Source: Minisyncoccota bacterium (GTDB lineage: Bacteria > Patescibacteriota > Minisyncoccia > Phycocordibacterales > Phycocordibacteraceae). Taken from it: 64,000 nucleotides of DNA. The position numbers were made by a program, and so were the translations under genes. Where the stretch lies: NCBI GenBank assembly GCA_035627655.1, contig DASPLI010000001.1, positions 398,217-462,216 on the forward strand. The letters run 5' to 3'. Below are positions 18,415-26,581 of the stretch, piece by piece; position 1 is the stretch's first letter, and every line of letters starts with the position of its first letter. Below the pieces are notes generated by a model that worked only from the letters and a program-made list of their open reading frames with translations, was not told the DNA's origin and ran no database searches.

Positions 18415-18606
18415 ATGCGAGGACTCGCAACAGGGCTTACGGCCCTAGCGTTCGGTGGCGGTATTACCGCCTGCGTCATGACGGACAACGTCGAGCACGT
18501 TCCCATCATCGCGTTTTTCGGGTTTCTTACCTGCGTCATTGTCGGCGCATTCGACCTGCTTGGAGCATCGGCACCACCACGCCGGAGCGCAGGACGGCAT
18601 GGCTAA
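18415..18606 (+). CDS. small membrane protein (about 63 aa, two TM helices)
   Basis: GGAGG followed by a 5-nt spacer and the ATG (MRGLATGLTALAFGGGITACVMTD...). Confidence 0.4.
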   Translation: MRGLATGLTALAFGGGITACVMTDNVEHVPIIAFFGFLTCVIVGAFDLLGASAPPRRSAGRHG

Positions 18607-18612
18607 TGCCAA

Positions 18613-18642
18613 AAAGCGGAGACTTCGGTCTCCGCTTTTTTT
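18613..18642 (+). terminator. strong intrinsic terminator
   Basis: aagcggagac-ttcg-gtctccgctt followed by tttttt. Confidence 0.8.
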
Positions 18643-18657
18643 GTGTATGATGCCCCT

Positions 18658-19332
18658 ATGACCGTCTTTATGTTTGAGGCGCTCGCACTCCTAGCGCTTG
18701 TTCTCGTTAATCGTCTCGGGTTTATCTACGTCGTGAATCGACGCTTGCATCTGACGTTTGCAAAAAATCCGATGCTGACCTTCCTCTATTTCCTCGGGAT
18801 GGCGCTCCTCATCATTCTCTTGTTCCCCGCATACGCAGCCCAATTGTTTGGAGGCGCCGGCATTTTCACGGTTCTGTTTTTCCTCTTTGTGCTCGTCGTT
18901 ATCAATCCGTGGATCTATCGAATGCTCAAGGAGAATGAACACGTGCCGCGTCGTCTTGCGAAAGCAAATCCTGAACAGCAGTTTCTGCTGATTGACGAAG
19001 GATATCTGTTTTCAAAAACAGGGGATGTCATCTTCCAGCAAGTAGCGATTGGCATACTGATGCTCATCTTCCTTGCAGCCGGGATGCCGTTTGAACAGCT
19101 CGTGCCGTTGTTTGCCGTCATCTTTGGCGCGCTCCATTTCCACCTCTTCTTTTCCGCCAAGCGCGTCTGGGCGGCGTACTTCACGGTCTGCGCGGCCGCG
19201 GCTGGGTTTATGTTTCCGTTCATCATCCTCCTGATCCCAGGCGGCGTGTATTTCGCCATCGTGCTGCACATGCTTTGGTACGTCGGGAGTGGCGCACTGT
19301 TCGGACTTGTCGAGACAGATCGGAAGGCGTAA
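18658..19332 (+). CDS. polytopic membrane protein (possible divergent CPBP-like intramembrane protease; FGALH motif)
   Basis: Start moved to the ATG at 18658, because the track's GTG at 18643 sits in the terminator T-run. Six or seven TM helices. The FxxxH-like motif FGALHFH is the only CPBP-like feature, so that assignment is weak. Confidence 0.45.
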   Translation: MTVFMFEALALLALVLVNRLGFIYVVNRRLHLTFAKNPMLTFLYFLGMALLIILLFPAYAAQLFGGAGIFTVLFFLFVLVVINPWIYRMLKENEHVPRRLAKANPEQQFLLIDEGYLFSKTGDVIFQQVAIGILMLIFLAAGMPFEQLVPLFAVIFGALHFHLFFSAKRVWAAYFTVCAAAAGFMFPFIILLIPGGVYFAIVLHMLWYVGSGALFGLVETDRKA

Positions 19333-19359
19333 GGTTCGGACAGAGGAAAGGAGGCGCAC

Positions 19360-19704
19360 GTGCAGCCACGACGCTACAACGACCTTACGCCGCGTACGTC
19401 ATTCGTGATTGTTACATCACTGGTGACGGGCACCCAACGCATCTTGAAGTTGGCACCGGACGGGAAGCTTTACATCCTCTTTCGTGTCGACCAAAAGAGT
19501 GTCCAGTATTGGCCCGCCGGCGACGGCGTGACCGCTCTGCTTCAGAAGCACAATCCGTCCGTCATTCCCGTCGATTTCTATCGAGATTCCAGACTCGCTG
19601 AAGTCTACCTCGAGAAGGAATCGCTGGTCGGGTACCTGCTTATGGAACCGGTCGGGCTTATGCTTGCGGCAGTTATTGCCGATGCTGAGCTTGGCGTTCA
19701 CTAA
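19360..19704 (+). CDS. hypothetical protein
   Basis: GTG start preceded by AAAGGAGG with a 5-nt spacer. 114 aa, no recognisable motif. Confidence 0.45.
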   Translation: MQPRRYNDLTPRTSFVIVTSLVTGTQRILKLAPDGKLYILFRVDQKSVQYWPAGDGVTALLQKHNPSVIPVDFYRDSRLAEVYLEKESLVGYLLMEPVGLMLAAVIADAELGVH

Positions 19705-19710
19705 TACGAC

Positions 19711-19745
19711 GAGCCGCTCCCACGGGGAGCGGCTCACTCATTCTT
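19711..19745 (+). terminator. intrinsic terminator
   Basis: gagccgctcccc-acg-gggagcggctc followed by a T-containing tail. Confidence 0.55.
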
Positions 19746-19797
19746 CACGGCAGGGGCGCTAGGGTAAAAGTCTTATTACTAATCAATATTTCCCGAC

Positions 19798-19950
19798 ATG
19801 CTGCTCACTATCGCCGTCCTATTGTTGATCCTTTGGGGTCTCGGACTCGTTACCTCCTATACGCTTGGAGGATTCATCCATCTCCTCCTTGTGGTAGCGA
19901 TCATCATGGTGCTGGTTCGCATTATTCAGGGAAGGAATCCTGTTTCCTAA
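19798..19950 (+). CDS. lmo0937-family small membrane protein (50 aa)
   Basis: Not in the ORF track because it is under 60 aa. MLLTIAVLLLILWGLGLVTSYTLGGFIHLLLVVAIIMVLVRIIQGRNPVS matches the widespread roughly 50-aa lmo0937 family (the LLVxW...GGxIHxLLVxAIIxxxxxxxxGRR pattern). Confidence 0.55.
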   Translation: MLLTIAVLLLILWGLGLVTSYTLGGFIHLLLVVAIIMVLVRIIQGRNPVS

Positions 19951-19974
19951 TCCTGCGTGATTCGAGAACGCATC

Positions 19975-20050
19975 CATAGATAGCCGTGTTGCGCACGGCT
20001 ATCTATTCCTGAAACCCGGACTACCGGTCCGGGTTTCTTGTTGTATTTCC
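19975..20050 (+). terminator. tandem hairpins; the second is a rho-independent terminator
   Basis: atagatagccgtg-ttgcg-cacggctatctat, then aaacccggac-tacc-ggtccgggttt followed by cttgttgtatttcc. Confidence 0.65.
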
Positions 20051-20209
20051 AAAATCGTGCTATTCTATCTATACAACGAACCTCCTTTAGGTTTTTCGTC
20101 TTGAGAGATTCTCAAGACCGCCCAGTGAAACTCACATACATGAAGGGGCGAAACTCTCGAGGCGTTGGCCTTATTACGGCGCATCTGCGCCACCCTTAGA
20201 CATTTAGCA

Positions 20210-21514
20210 ATGGCAACAACTTATATCGTGCGTAAAAATACCCGAAACGACCTTCGGGACCGACCAGGCTACGAGCGTTTCGCAAGCAAGACTGGCGGCA
20301 ATCGTCGTCCGGGCAAGGGTCGCAAGCGCGGCCCAGGCGGTCACGGCGGCGGCAATGCCCGCTTCAGCCGACCCCGCAAGAAGAGCGGACGCCAGGAAAT
20401 GGCGGTCGACCTCTCGCGACTTATCAACAAAGCAAAGCCGCAGGAAGCGGAAGCGCCGTTTGTGCCCACGCATCAGTTCCTCGATTTTCCGATCGATGCG
20501 CAGCTGAAGGAAAACCTCGTTTCCCGACACTACAAGATCCCAACCCCGATTCAGGACGCCGCGATTCCGGAAGTCCTCAAGGGAAAGGATGTTGTGGGGC
20601 TTGCAAACACAGGTACCGGAAAGACGGCAACCTTCCTTGTGCCTCTTATCGACAAGGTAGTGAAGCTTCGCGCCCTTGGCGAGAAGGAGCGCGTCTTGGT
20701 CATGGTGCCGACCCGCGAGCTTGCAATTCAGATTGAGGCAGAGTTCTGGGGCTTTGCGAAGAAGCTTCTCCTCAACGCAGTGGTCTGCGTTGGCGGCGCT
20801 TCAATCGACCCGCAGATTCGCGTGCTTCGCCGTGATCCGGCATTCGTCATCGGTACGCCGGGACGCCTGAAGGATCTTATGGAGCGACGCGAACTCGATC
20901 TCTCGAAGTTCCGCACCGTCGTGCTTGATGAGGCAGACCGTATGCTTGATATGGGCTTCATCGACGACATGCGCTTCATTCTCGGCAAGATGCCGACACC
21001 GCGCCATACGCTCTTCTTCTCGGCAACGATGGGACGAGATATTGAGAAGCTGATCGGCGATTTCCTCACGGATCCGGTTCAGATCTCCGTAAAGACGCGC
21101 GACACGGCTGCAACGATTGATCAGGACGTCGTTCGCGTTACCCGCGACACGAAGTTCTCTACGCTCGTGGATCTTCTGAAGTCTCCCGGCTTTGATAAGA
21201 CCCTAGTCTTCGGACGGACGAAGCATGGCGTCGAGCGTCTTGCACGCGATCTCTCGCGCGCAGGCATCAAGGCTGAATCTATCCACGGTGACAAGACACA
21301 CGGCAAGCGCCAGAAGGCCCTCGGCCTCTTCAAGCAAAACCATGTGTCTGTCCTCGTTGCGACAGACGTGGCGGCGCGCGGACTCGATATTTCCGGCGTT
21401 TCGCATGTAATTAACTACGATCTCCCAGCGACGTACGAAGATTACACGCACCGCATCGGACGTACCGGACGCGCCGGCAAGACCGGACAGGCGCTTACAT
21501 TTATCGAACAGTAA
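20210..21514 (+). CDS. DEAD-box ATP-dependent RNA helicase with RG-rich basic N-terminal extension
   Basis: Q-motif FLDFPIDAQL...IPTPIQ, motif I ANTGTGKT, motif II VLDEADRMLDMGF, SAT, and HRIGRTGRAG. The first roughly 65 residues are Arg/Gly/Lys-rich (GNRRPGKGRKRGPGGHGGGNARFSRPRKK). I call the start at the ATG at 20210; the track begins at 20165. Confidence 0.9.
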   Translation: MATTYIVRKNTRNDLRDRPGYERFASKTGGNRRPGKGRKRGPGGHGGGNARFSRPRKKSGRQEMAVDLSRLINKAKPQEAEAPFVPTHQFLDFPIDAQLKENLVSRHYKIPTPIQDAAIPEVLKGKDVVGLANTGTGKTATFLVPLIDKVVKLRALGEKERVLVMVPTRELAIQIEAEFWGFAKKLLLNAVVCVGGASIDPQIRVLRRDPAFVIGTPGRLKDLMERRELDLSKFRTVVLDEADRMLDMGFIDDMRFILGKMPTPRHTLFFSATMGRDIEKLIGDFLTDPVQISVKTRDTAATIDQDVVRVTRDTKFSTLVDLLKSPGFDKTLVFGRTKHGVERLARDLSRAGIKAESIHGDKTHGKRQKALGLFKQNHVSVLVATDVAARGLDISGVSHVINYDLPATYEDYTHRIGRTGRAGKTGQALTFIEQ

Positions 21515-21518
21515 GCAG

Positions 21519-21550
21519 ACAACAAACGCCGCGAATGCGGCGTTTGTTGT
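21519..21550. terminator. bidirectional intrinsic terminator
   Basis: acaacaaacgccgc-gaat-gcggcgtttgttgt sits between the helicase (+) and the PQ-loop gene (-). Confidence 0.75.
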
Positions 21551-21895
21551 TTATGAGTAGATGAGAATGCCGAACACGACGAGTCCCTGCAAAACGAAGT
21601 AGGCAATGTTTGCAAAGAGAATCGGTTTCTCTTTGTGCACGTAGCCGTAGTAGATCCAGACAATGGCAAGCAGTGTCCAGAGGCTCCAGGTTGTGAGCGA
21701 TAGTCCAGATGCGCTTTGGCGTGCGAACACGTCATACACCTGTGGCAGCATGGCTACTGGCCCGATAAGCGAGATAAACACCATGATCCGGTCGAGCGAA
21801 CGGACGGAGAGGTGTGGGTGAGGGTACGGCTCGAGCTTCTTATAGGCACGTCTGCGGACGCTCAAGTGGTGATTTCCCGTGTGATGCTGCATCAC
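21551..21895 (-). CDS. PQ-loop / SemiSWEET-like small sugar transporter (three TM helices)
   Basis: PQ motif VAMLPQVYDVF in the first TM helix; three TM helices in the last roughly 80 residues. The N-terminal roughly 37 aa of the listed ORF may not be translated (the true start may be internal, near 21784). Confidence 0.5.
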   Translation of the reverse strand: MMQHHTGNHHLSVRRRAYKKLEPYPHPHLSVRSLDRIMVFISLIGPVAMLPQVYDVFARQSASGLSLTTWSLWTLLAIVWIYYGYVHKEKPILFANIAYFVLQGLVVFGILIYS

Positions 21896-21965
21896 CCTAT
21901 CTTAACAGACCGAACGCCACACTGTAGGAACTCCTCCACATAAGGAGTAAGACACTACATACCTA

Positions 21966-22142
21966 TGAACGAAAACAACAACACCGGTACTATCGTGCTG
22001 ATCATTATTCTCGTGCTGTTGGTCGGATTTGGCGTCTGGTACTTCACGGCCGGGCAGGGTCCTGCGCCTGCAGCGCCAGCGACCGGCATTGAGCTCAATG
22101 TCGGGGGTGGTGACGGAGGCGGCGGAGGGGGTGGACAATAGT
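21966..22142 (+). CDS. possible small TM protein (58 aa) with Gly-rich tail
   Basis: MNENNNTGTIVLIIILVLLVGFGVWYF...GGGDGGGGGGGQ. An AAGGAG lies 18 nt upstream, which is a long spacer. Low confidence. Confidence 0.25.
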
Positions 22143-22206
22143 CCGCTTGGCAGCGTCCTCCCCTTAGCGGTATGCTGTACCTCATTAGTTAGCTAATGAT
22201 TCGTCT

Positions 22207-22911
22207 ATGGCAGAGACATCGGGAGGAACGTTTGCAGACAAGTACCTGACACCGCTTGCGGTGCTTGTCGGTCTTATCTTGATTGCAGTTGCGATCGCTT
22301 TTGGCGGGAAGGGCATCGCTGATAATCGCGAAGGCGCTCCGCAGGGAGGTGCAGTGGATATTCAAAACGTACAAACGGATGCATCACCATATGTCGGCGA
22401 GGAAAACGCGCCGGTGGTGATCGCTGTGTGGTTTGATTATCAGTGCCCGTTCTGCAAGCGCTTCGAGCTTGAAACGCTCTCACGCATCTACGACGAGTAC
22501 GTGACCAACGGTCAGGTACGCATCGTCTACAAGGACTATCAGTTCCTCGGCCCAGATTCCGCAACAGCAGCACTCTACGCGCGCGCGGTATGGGAAGCAT
22601 ATCCGGACCGCTTCTACGAGTGGTTTGTCGCTATGGCAGAAGCGCAGGATGAGGAGCATGGTGGCTTTGGCGACCTTGCAAGCATTACCGAGCTCACCAA
22701 GAATCTCGGCGGCATGGACACGGACCGCATCAGCCGTCTCATGTCTGAGAACAAGAGCGAGTACGAGGCAGCGATTACTGCAGACCGTGCTGAGGGCGCT
22801 TCCTTTGGCATCAACGGTACGCCAGGCGCTATCGTCGGCACTTCACTTATCGCAGGCGCACAGCCCTACGAGAAAGTGAAGGCACTCGTCGACGCAGAGC
22901 TCGCGAAGTAG
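22207..22911 (+). CDS. DsbA-family thiol:disulfide oxidoreductase, membrane-anchored
   Basis: N-terminal TM helix, then a thioredoxin fold with CPFC active site (VWFDYQCPFCKRF). Confidence 0.75.
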   Translation: MAETSGGTFADKYLTPLAVLVGLILIAVAIAFGGKGIADNREGAPQGGAVDIQNVQTDASPYVGEENAPVVIAVWFDYQCPFCKRFELETLSRIYDEYVTNGQVRIVYKDYQFLGPDSATAALYARAVWEAYPDRFYEWFVAMAEAQDEEHGGFGDLASITELTKNLGGMDTDRISRLMSENKSEYEAAITADRAEGASFGINGTPGAIVGTSLIAGAQPYEKVKALVDAELAK

Positions 22912-22924
22912 TTCGGTTCAGAGA

Positions 22925-22953
22925 TGAACACCGCTCCGCTACGGAGCGGTGTT
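22925..22953. terminator. bidirectional intrinsic terminator
   Basis: gaacaccgctccg-ctac-ggagcggtgttc followed by tcttt, between the convergent dsbA-like and dedA genes. Confidence 0.7.
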
Positions 22954-23571
22954 CTCTTTAAGTTCTTTGCGCGCCTTGAAGTACTCCCAGACAACGGACA
23001 GTGTTGAAATGAGGATGACCACCAGAAGCACCGGCATAATGTAGTGGTCGATGTTGGGTATGACGGAGCCCAGGTAGTAGCCAAGCAGGGTAACGGAGAT
23101 GCCCCAGAAGAATGCGCCGCTTACGTTGTAGATAAGGAAAGAGTGGTAGGGCATGCGCACAACGCCGGCAAAGAGCGGCACGAGCGTACGGAAGAGTGGA
23201 AGGAATCGGGCAAGAATGATGGCTTTACCGCCGTGCTTTTCGTAGAAGCGGCGGGTGCGCTCCAAATTCCGCTTGTTGAGAAAGAGCGCTTTCTCTTTCT
23301 CAAAGAGTCGCGTACCAAACTTCGCGCCAAACCAGTAGCCGGCGCTATCGCCAAGTATTGCGCCGACGATAATAACCGCGAGGAGCGGCACGAGATCAAA
23401 GACGGAGGTTGCAGCAAGAAAGCCAGCAGAGAAGAGGAGTGTGTCCCCCGGAAGCGGAAGCACGAGGCCGATCGGAATGCCCGACTCGATAAACACGATG
23501 ACAAAGACGCCGAGGTACCCGATGCTCTGAATGAGTTCGGGGAGGGTCATCGACAGAAAGGGTATGTCCAT
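22939..23571 (-). CDS. DedA family (SNARE-associated) membrane protein
   Basis: 210 aa. FIESGIPIGLVLPLPGDTLLFSAGFLAA and ARFLPLFRTLVPLFAGV are characteristic DedA motifs. Confidence 0.8.
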   Translation of the reverse strand: MDIPFLSMTLPELIQSIGYLGVFVIVFIESGIPIGLVLPLPGDTLLFSAGFLAATSVFDLVPLLAVIIVGAILGDSAGYWFGAKFGTRLFEKEKALFLNKRNLERTRRFYEKHGGKAIILARFLPLFRTLVPLFAGVVRMPYHSFLIYNVSGAFFWGISVTLLGYYLGSVIPNIDHYIMPVLLVVILISTLSVVWEYFKARKELKENTAP

Positions 23572-23594
23572 GAAAAGCCAGTATACTAGCCTTC

Positions 23595-24014
23595 ATGACA
23601 GAAGCGGAATTCAACGCCATCGTACAAGCGGAGTGGAACGCCGTTCCGCCGCAATTTGCGGGCAAGATCGACAACGTCGCGCTCCTCATTGAAGACGAGC
23701 CGAGCGAAGAGCTTCGAAGAGAAGAAGGGCTTGAGCCGGGGGAGACGCTCCTTGGTCACTATCACGGCATTCCAAATACGGCGCGCGGGAGCGAGTACGG
23801 TATTGGCGCGACGCTTCCGGACACCATCACGCTCTATCGTCTGCCGATACTCGCGCAAGCGCAGGAAGATACGGATGATGCAACGAGCATGTTTCCAGAG
23901 ATGGTACGCCGCGTCGTGCGCGAGACGATCTGGCACGAGCTTGGACACTACTTCGGCTATGACGAAGAGCCGATACAAAAAAGAGAGGGAGAGGGGACGA
24001 ACAGGTTTGAATAA
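23595..24014 (+). CDS. zincin-like metallopeptidase family protein (HExxH; DUF1025/Zincin_1-like)
   Basis: 139 aa. HELGHYFG motif near the C-terminus. Confidence 0.6.
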   Translation: MTEAEFNAIVQAEWNAVPPQFAGKIDNVALLIEDEPSEELRREEGLEPGETLLGHYHGIPNTARGSEYGIGATLPDTITLYRLPILAQAQEDTDDATSMFPEMVRRVVRETIWHELGHYFGYDEEPIQKREGEGTNRFE

Positions 24015-24072
24015 AAAGATCGGCCCCGCGGTGTTATCCGCAGGGCCAGTTTCCTTTGCTTGAAAATCTGAG

Positions 24073-24630
24073 CTAGCTGTTCAGCGCGGCCAGAATGAAG
24101 AAAGAGACGAGTCCGGCTAGCACAATCCAGCCAAACATAGACAGTCCGCCGCCTTCACGTTTTGGAGGTTCTTCCTCAGGCCATCGCCACTGCGAATTAA
24201 TGATTGTTGCAGTGAGTGCCCTTGGATCCACAACCCATCTTCCGGCGCCCAGCTCGCAGACGAATGTCTTGTCAGCTGAGTTGTAGCTGATGGAGTGGAA
24301 GCCGGTGAGAGTTCTGGTTTCCGTGTAGGGCTGAGGATCTTTGACCTCGAGCAGTGGAACCAGATCGATGTAGGTACCGCCTGGCTGGATCTGCAGTATG
24401 GTCGAGATCCCGCCAAGCTTACCGACGATGTAGCGATAGCCGTCCAATTCAAGGTAGGGAAACGGATTGAAGAAGTCATGGTAGTCGGGCCCAAGCGGCT
24501 CGTTGTCTTCCGACAACAAGCACACGCAAGCGCCGCCCCGCGAGCCCAGTATGTATGACTTGCCGCCAGGACCCTCGAAGGTCCCGACCGCGCGCCAAGG
24601 GCCTCGGGTCGCTGCAGAAGCGTTCATGAT
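24073..24630 (-). CDS. hypothetical protein with C-terminal TM anchor
   Basis: Start at the ATG preceded by GGGAG with a 7-nt spacer (MNASAATRGPW...). C-terminal helix MFGWIVLAGLVSFFILAAL. No signal peptide. The track extends the ORF 16 codons upstream. Confidence 0.45.
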   Translation of the reverse strand: MMNASAATRGPWRAVGTFEGPGGKSYILGSRGGACVCLLSEDNEPLGPDYHDFFNPFPYLELDGYRYIVGKLGGISTILQIQPGGTYIDLVPLLEVKDPQPYTETRTLTGFHSISYNSADKTFVCELGAGRWVVDPRALTATIINSQWRWPEEEPPKREGGGLSMFGWIVLAGLVSFFILAALNS

Positions 24631-24846
24631 TTTTCTCCCGAATACACCCGTAAAACACGGATGCTCTAAAATAAACAATTACATCATTGTATGATTATGT
24701 CAAGATATGTGGTTTCAATTGGACGGGCTCTAACTATGATTCCTAGTTTATTTGCCCTATCCACACGCCTCCGTCTAGTTCATGCTGGGAGGCTATACTT
24801 ATAGGGTTGGCTCCTTCGGGAGCCCGCTTACCACCTAACCTCTCGT

Positions 24847-25242
24847 ATGGCTAAAAAGCTTGCGTACGTGTTCGGTATTATCTTCGTGCTTGTTGGTCTT
24901 CTTGGCTTTGTACCAAATCCGATCGTCGGACCAGGTGCACTCTTTGAGACTGACCTTCTGCACAACCTCGTGCACTTGATCATCGGTATCGTCCTTCTTG
25001 GTGTTGCAATGAAGGCTCCGGCGAAGTCTGCGCTTTGGCTCAAGATCTTCGGCGTGATCTACCTCATTCTCGCCATTCTCGGCTTCCTTATGGTTCCGGA
25101 AGGTGGCGAACTGCTTGGTCTTGTTGCAACGAATCACGCAGATCACTGGCTCCATGTCGTGCTTGCAATCGTGCTCCTTGCCGCTGGTTTCATGGGCAAG
25201 GGCGGTGCAAAGCCGACGCCGACTGCTGCGCCGATGGCGTAA
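24847..25242 (+). CDS. DUF4383 domain membrane protein (internally duplicated 2+2 TM)
   Basis: 131 aa. The two halves are similar: VFGIIFVLVGLLGFVP...LHNLVHLIIGIVLLGVA versus IFGVIYLILAILGFLMVP...DHWLHVVLAIVLLAAG. Confidence 0.6.
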   Translation: MAKKLAYVFGIIFVLVGLLGFVPNPIVGPGALFETDLLHNLVHLIIGIVLLGVAMKAPAKSALWLKIFGVIYLILAILGFLMVPEGGELLGLVATNHADHWLHVVLAIVLLAAGFMGKGGAKPTPTAAPMA

Positions 25243-25257
25243 ACAGGGCGTTCTTGG

Positions 25258-25288
25258 AAACAGTCCCACAGGGGACTGTTTTCATTTT
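25258..25288. terminator. bidirectional intrinsic terminator
   Basis: aaacagtccc-aca-ggggactgttt followed by tcatttt, between DUF4383 (+) and msrA (-). Confidence 0.75.
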
Positions 25289-25815
25289 AAAAGCTCGGCA
25301 AATTCCTGCTGCACCTTCTGCAGCTTGGGCGCGATGATGATTTGGCAGTAGCCGCGCGTCTGGTTCTTTGCGTAATAGTCGCGGTGATACTCCTCGGCAG
25401 GATAAAAGTCGGGGAGCGGCTCGACCGTAGTTGCAATCGGGTCTCCCTCGGCGGATGACCGCTCAAGTTCTTGAATGAAAGCTTCCGCCTCCGCCTTCTG
25501 AGCGGGAGTCGTGTAAAAGATGACGGATCGATACTGCGTTCCAACATCGTTACCTTGTCGGTTTACCTGTGTTGCGTCGTGCGAAGCGAAAAAGATGGTG
25601 AGGAGTGTGCGGTAGGGGAGCTCCTCAGGATCGTAGGTAACTTCTACGACCTCCACATGGTCTGTATCTCCGCCGCATACCTGCTCATAGGTGGGGTTCG
25701 GGATACTGCCGCCGGCGTAGCCGGGCATGACCGAAACGACTCCCTTGAGCGACTTAAAAACCGCCTCTGTGCACCAGAAGCATCCGCCACCAAAGACCGC
25801 TGTTTCAGGGCTCAT
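25282..25815 (-). CDS. msrA: peptide-methionine (S)-S-oxide reductase MsrA
   Basis: Active-site GGCFWC near the N-terminus. 177 aa. Confidence 0.9.
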   Translation of the reverse strand: MSPETAVFGGGCFWCTEAVFKSLKGVVSVMPGYAGGSIPNPTYEQVCGGDTDHVEVVEVTYDPEELPYRTLLTIFFASHDATQVNRQGNDVGTQYRSVIFYTTPAQKAEAEAFIQELERSSAEGDPIATTVEPLPDFYPAEEYHRDYYAKNQTRGYCQIIIAPKLQKVQQEFAELLK

Positions 25816-25918
25816 ATACGTAGTATTTCATAGCATGAGGGGTATTGACCTTTCATGAACTTTGTGATATAAGAGTAAACGGGCAAAACTGTGCCCTTTG
25901 CAAAGTGGAGTAACACAG

Positions 25919-26563
25919 ATGAGCAAATACCTTGGGTGGGCCGTGCTTGGCGCGGTCATTCTCTTCTTGTTCGTCGGTTGCGGCGCCTACACGTCAAACG
26001 TGCAAGCCCGCAACAACGTCGACGCCAAGATGGGCAACATCCAGCAGAGCCTGCAGCAGCGCAACGACCTGATCCCGAACCTCGTGGAAACGGTCCGTGG
26101 CGCCGCCGCGCAGAACCAGGTCTTCGTTCAGATCGCTGAAGCCCGTGCGGGCCTGACGCCGTTCCTGCAAATGGACCCGGCGCAGCTTTCGACGAACCCG
26201 GAACTCATGTCGCAGTTCGCGGCGGCGCAAGCTGCCATGACCCGCGCCATGTCGGCGCAGAACTTCCGCATCGTCACCGAAGCGTATCCCGAGCTCCGCT
26301 CGAACGAGAACTTCCTGACGCTGCAGAGCCAGATCGAAGGCATGGAAAACCGGATTGGGACGGCCCGCCGCGACTACAACGAAGCGGTGCGCCTCTACAA
26401 CAATCAGGTCCAAACGCCTCCGGGCATGTTCTTCGCGCCGCTGTGCGGCTGCACGCCTCGCCAGTCCTATCAGGCGAGCGCTGCCAACGTCGAAGTTGCG
26501 CCGCGCGTCTCGTTTGACGCGCCGGCGACGCAACAACCGCAGCCTGCGCCGGCCACTCCGTAA
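25919..26563 (+). CDS. LemA family protein (copy 1; elevated GC)
   Basis: GGAG with an 8-nt spacer before the ATG (MSKYLGWAVLGAVILFLFVG...). LemA core: QQRNDLIPNLVETVRGAAAQN, EAYPELRSNENFLTLQSQIEGMENRIGTARRDYNEAV. Confidence 0.8.
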   Translation: MSKYLGWAVLGAVILFLFVGCGAYTSNVQARNNVDAKMGNIQQSLQQRNDLIPNLVETVRGAAAQNQVFVQIAEARAGLTPFLQMDPAQLSTNPELMSQFAAAQAAMTRAMSAQNFRIVTEAYPELRSNENFLTLQSQIEGMENRIGTARRDYNEAVRLYNNQVQTPPGMFFAPLCGCTPRQSYQASAANVEVAPRVSFDAPATQQPQPAPATP

Positions 26564-26581
26564 CACAACACGGAGGTGGCC

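Noticed and set aside
21955-22185. Minus-strand 76-aa Pro-rich ORF
   Set aside because: Antisense to a small plus-strand TM-peptide candidate and low-complexity. It is neither protein-like nor supported by a start context.
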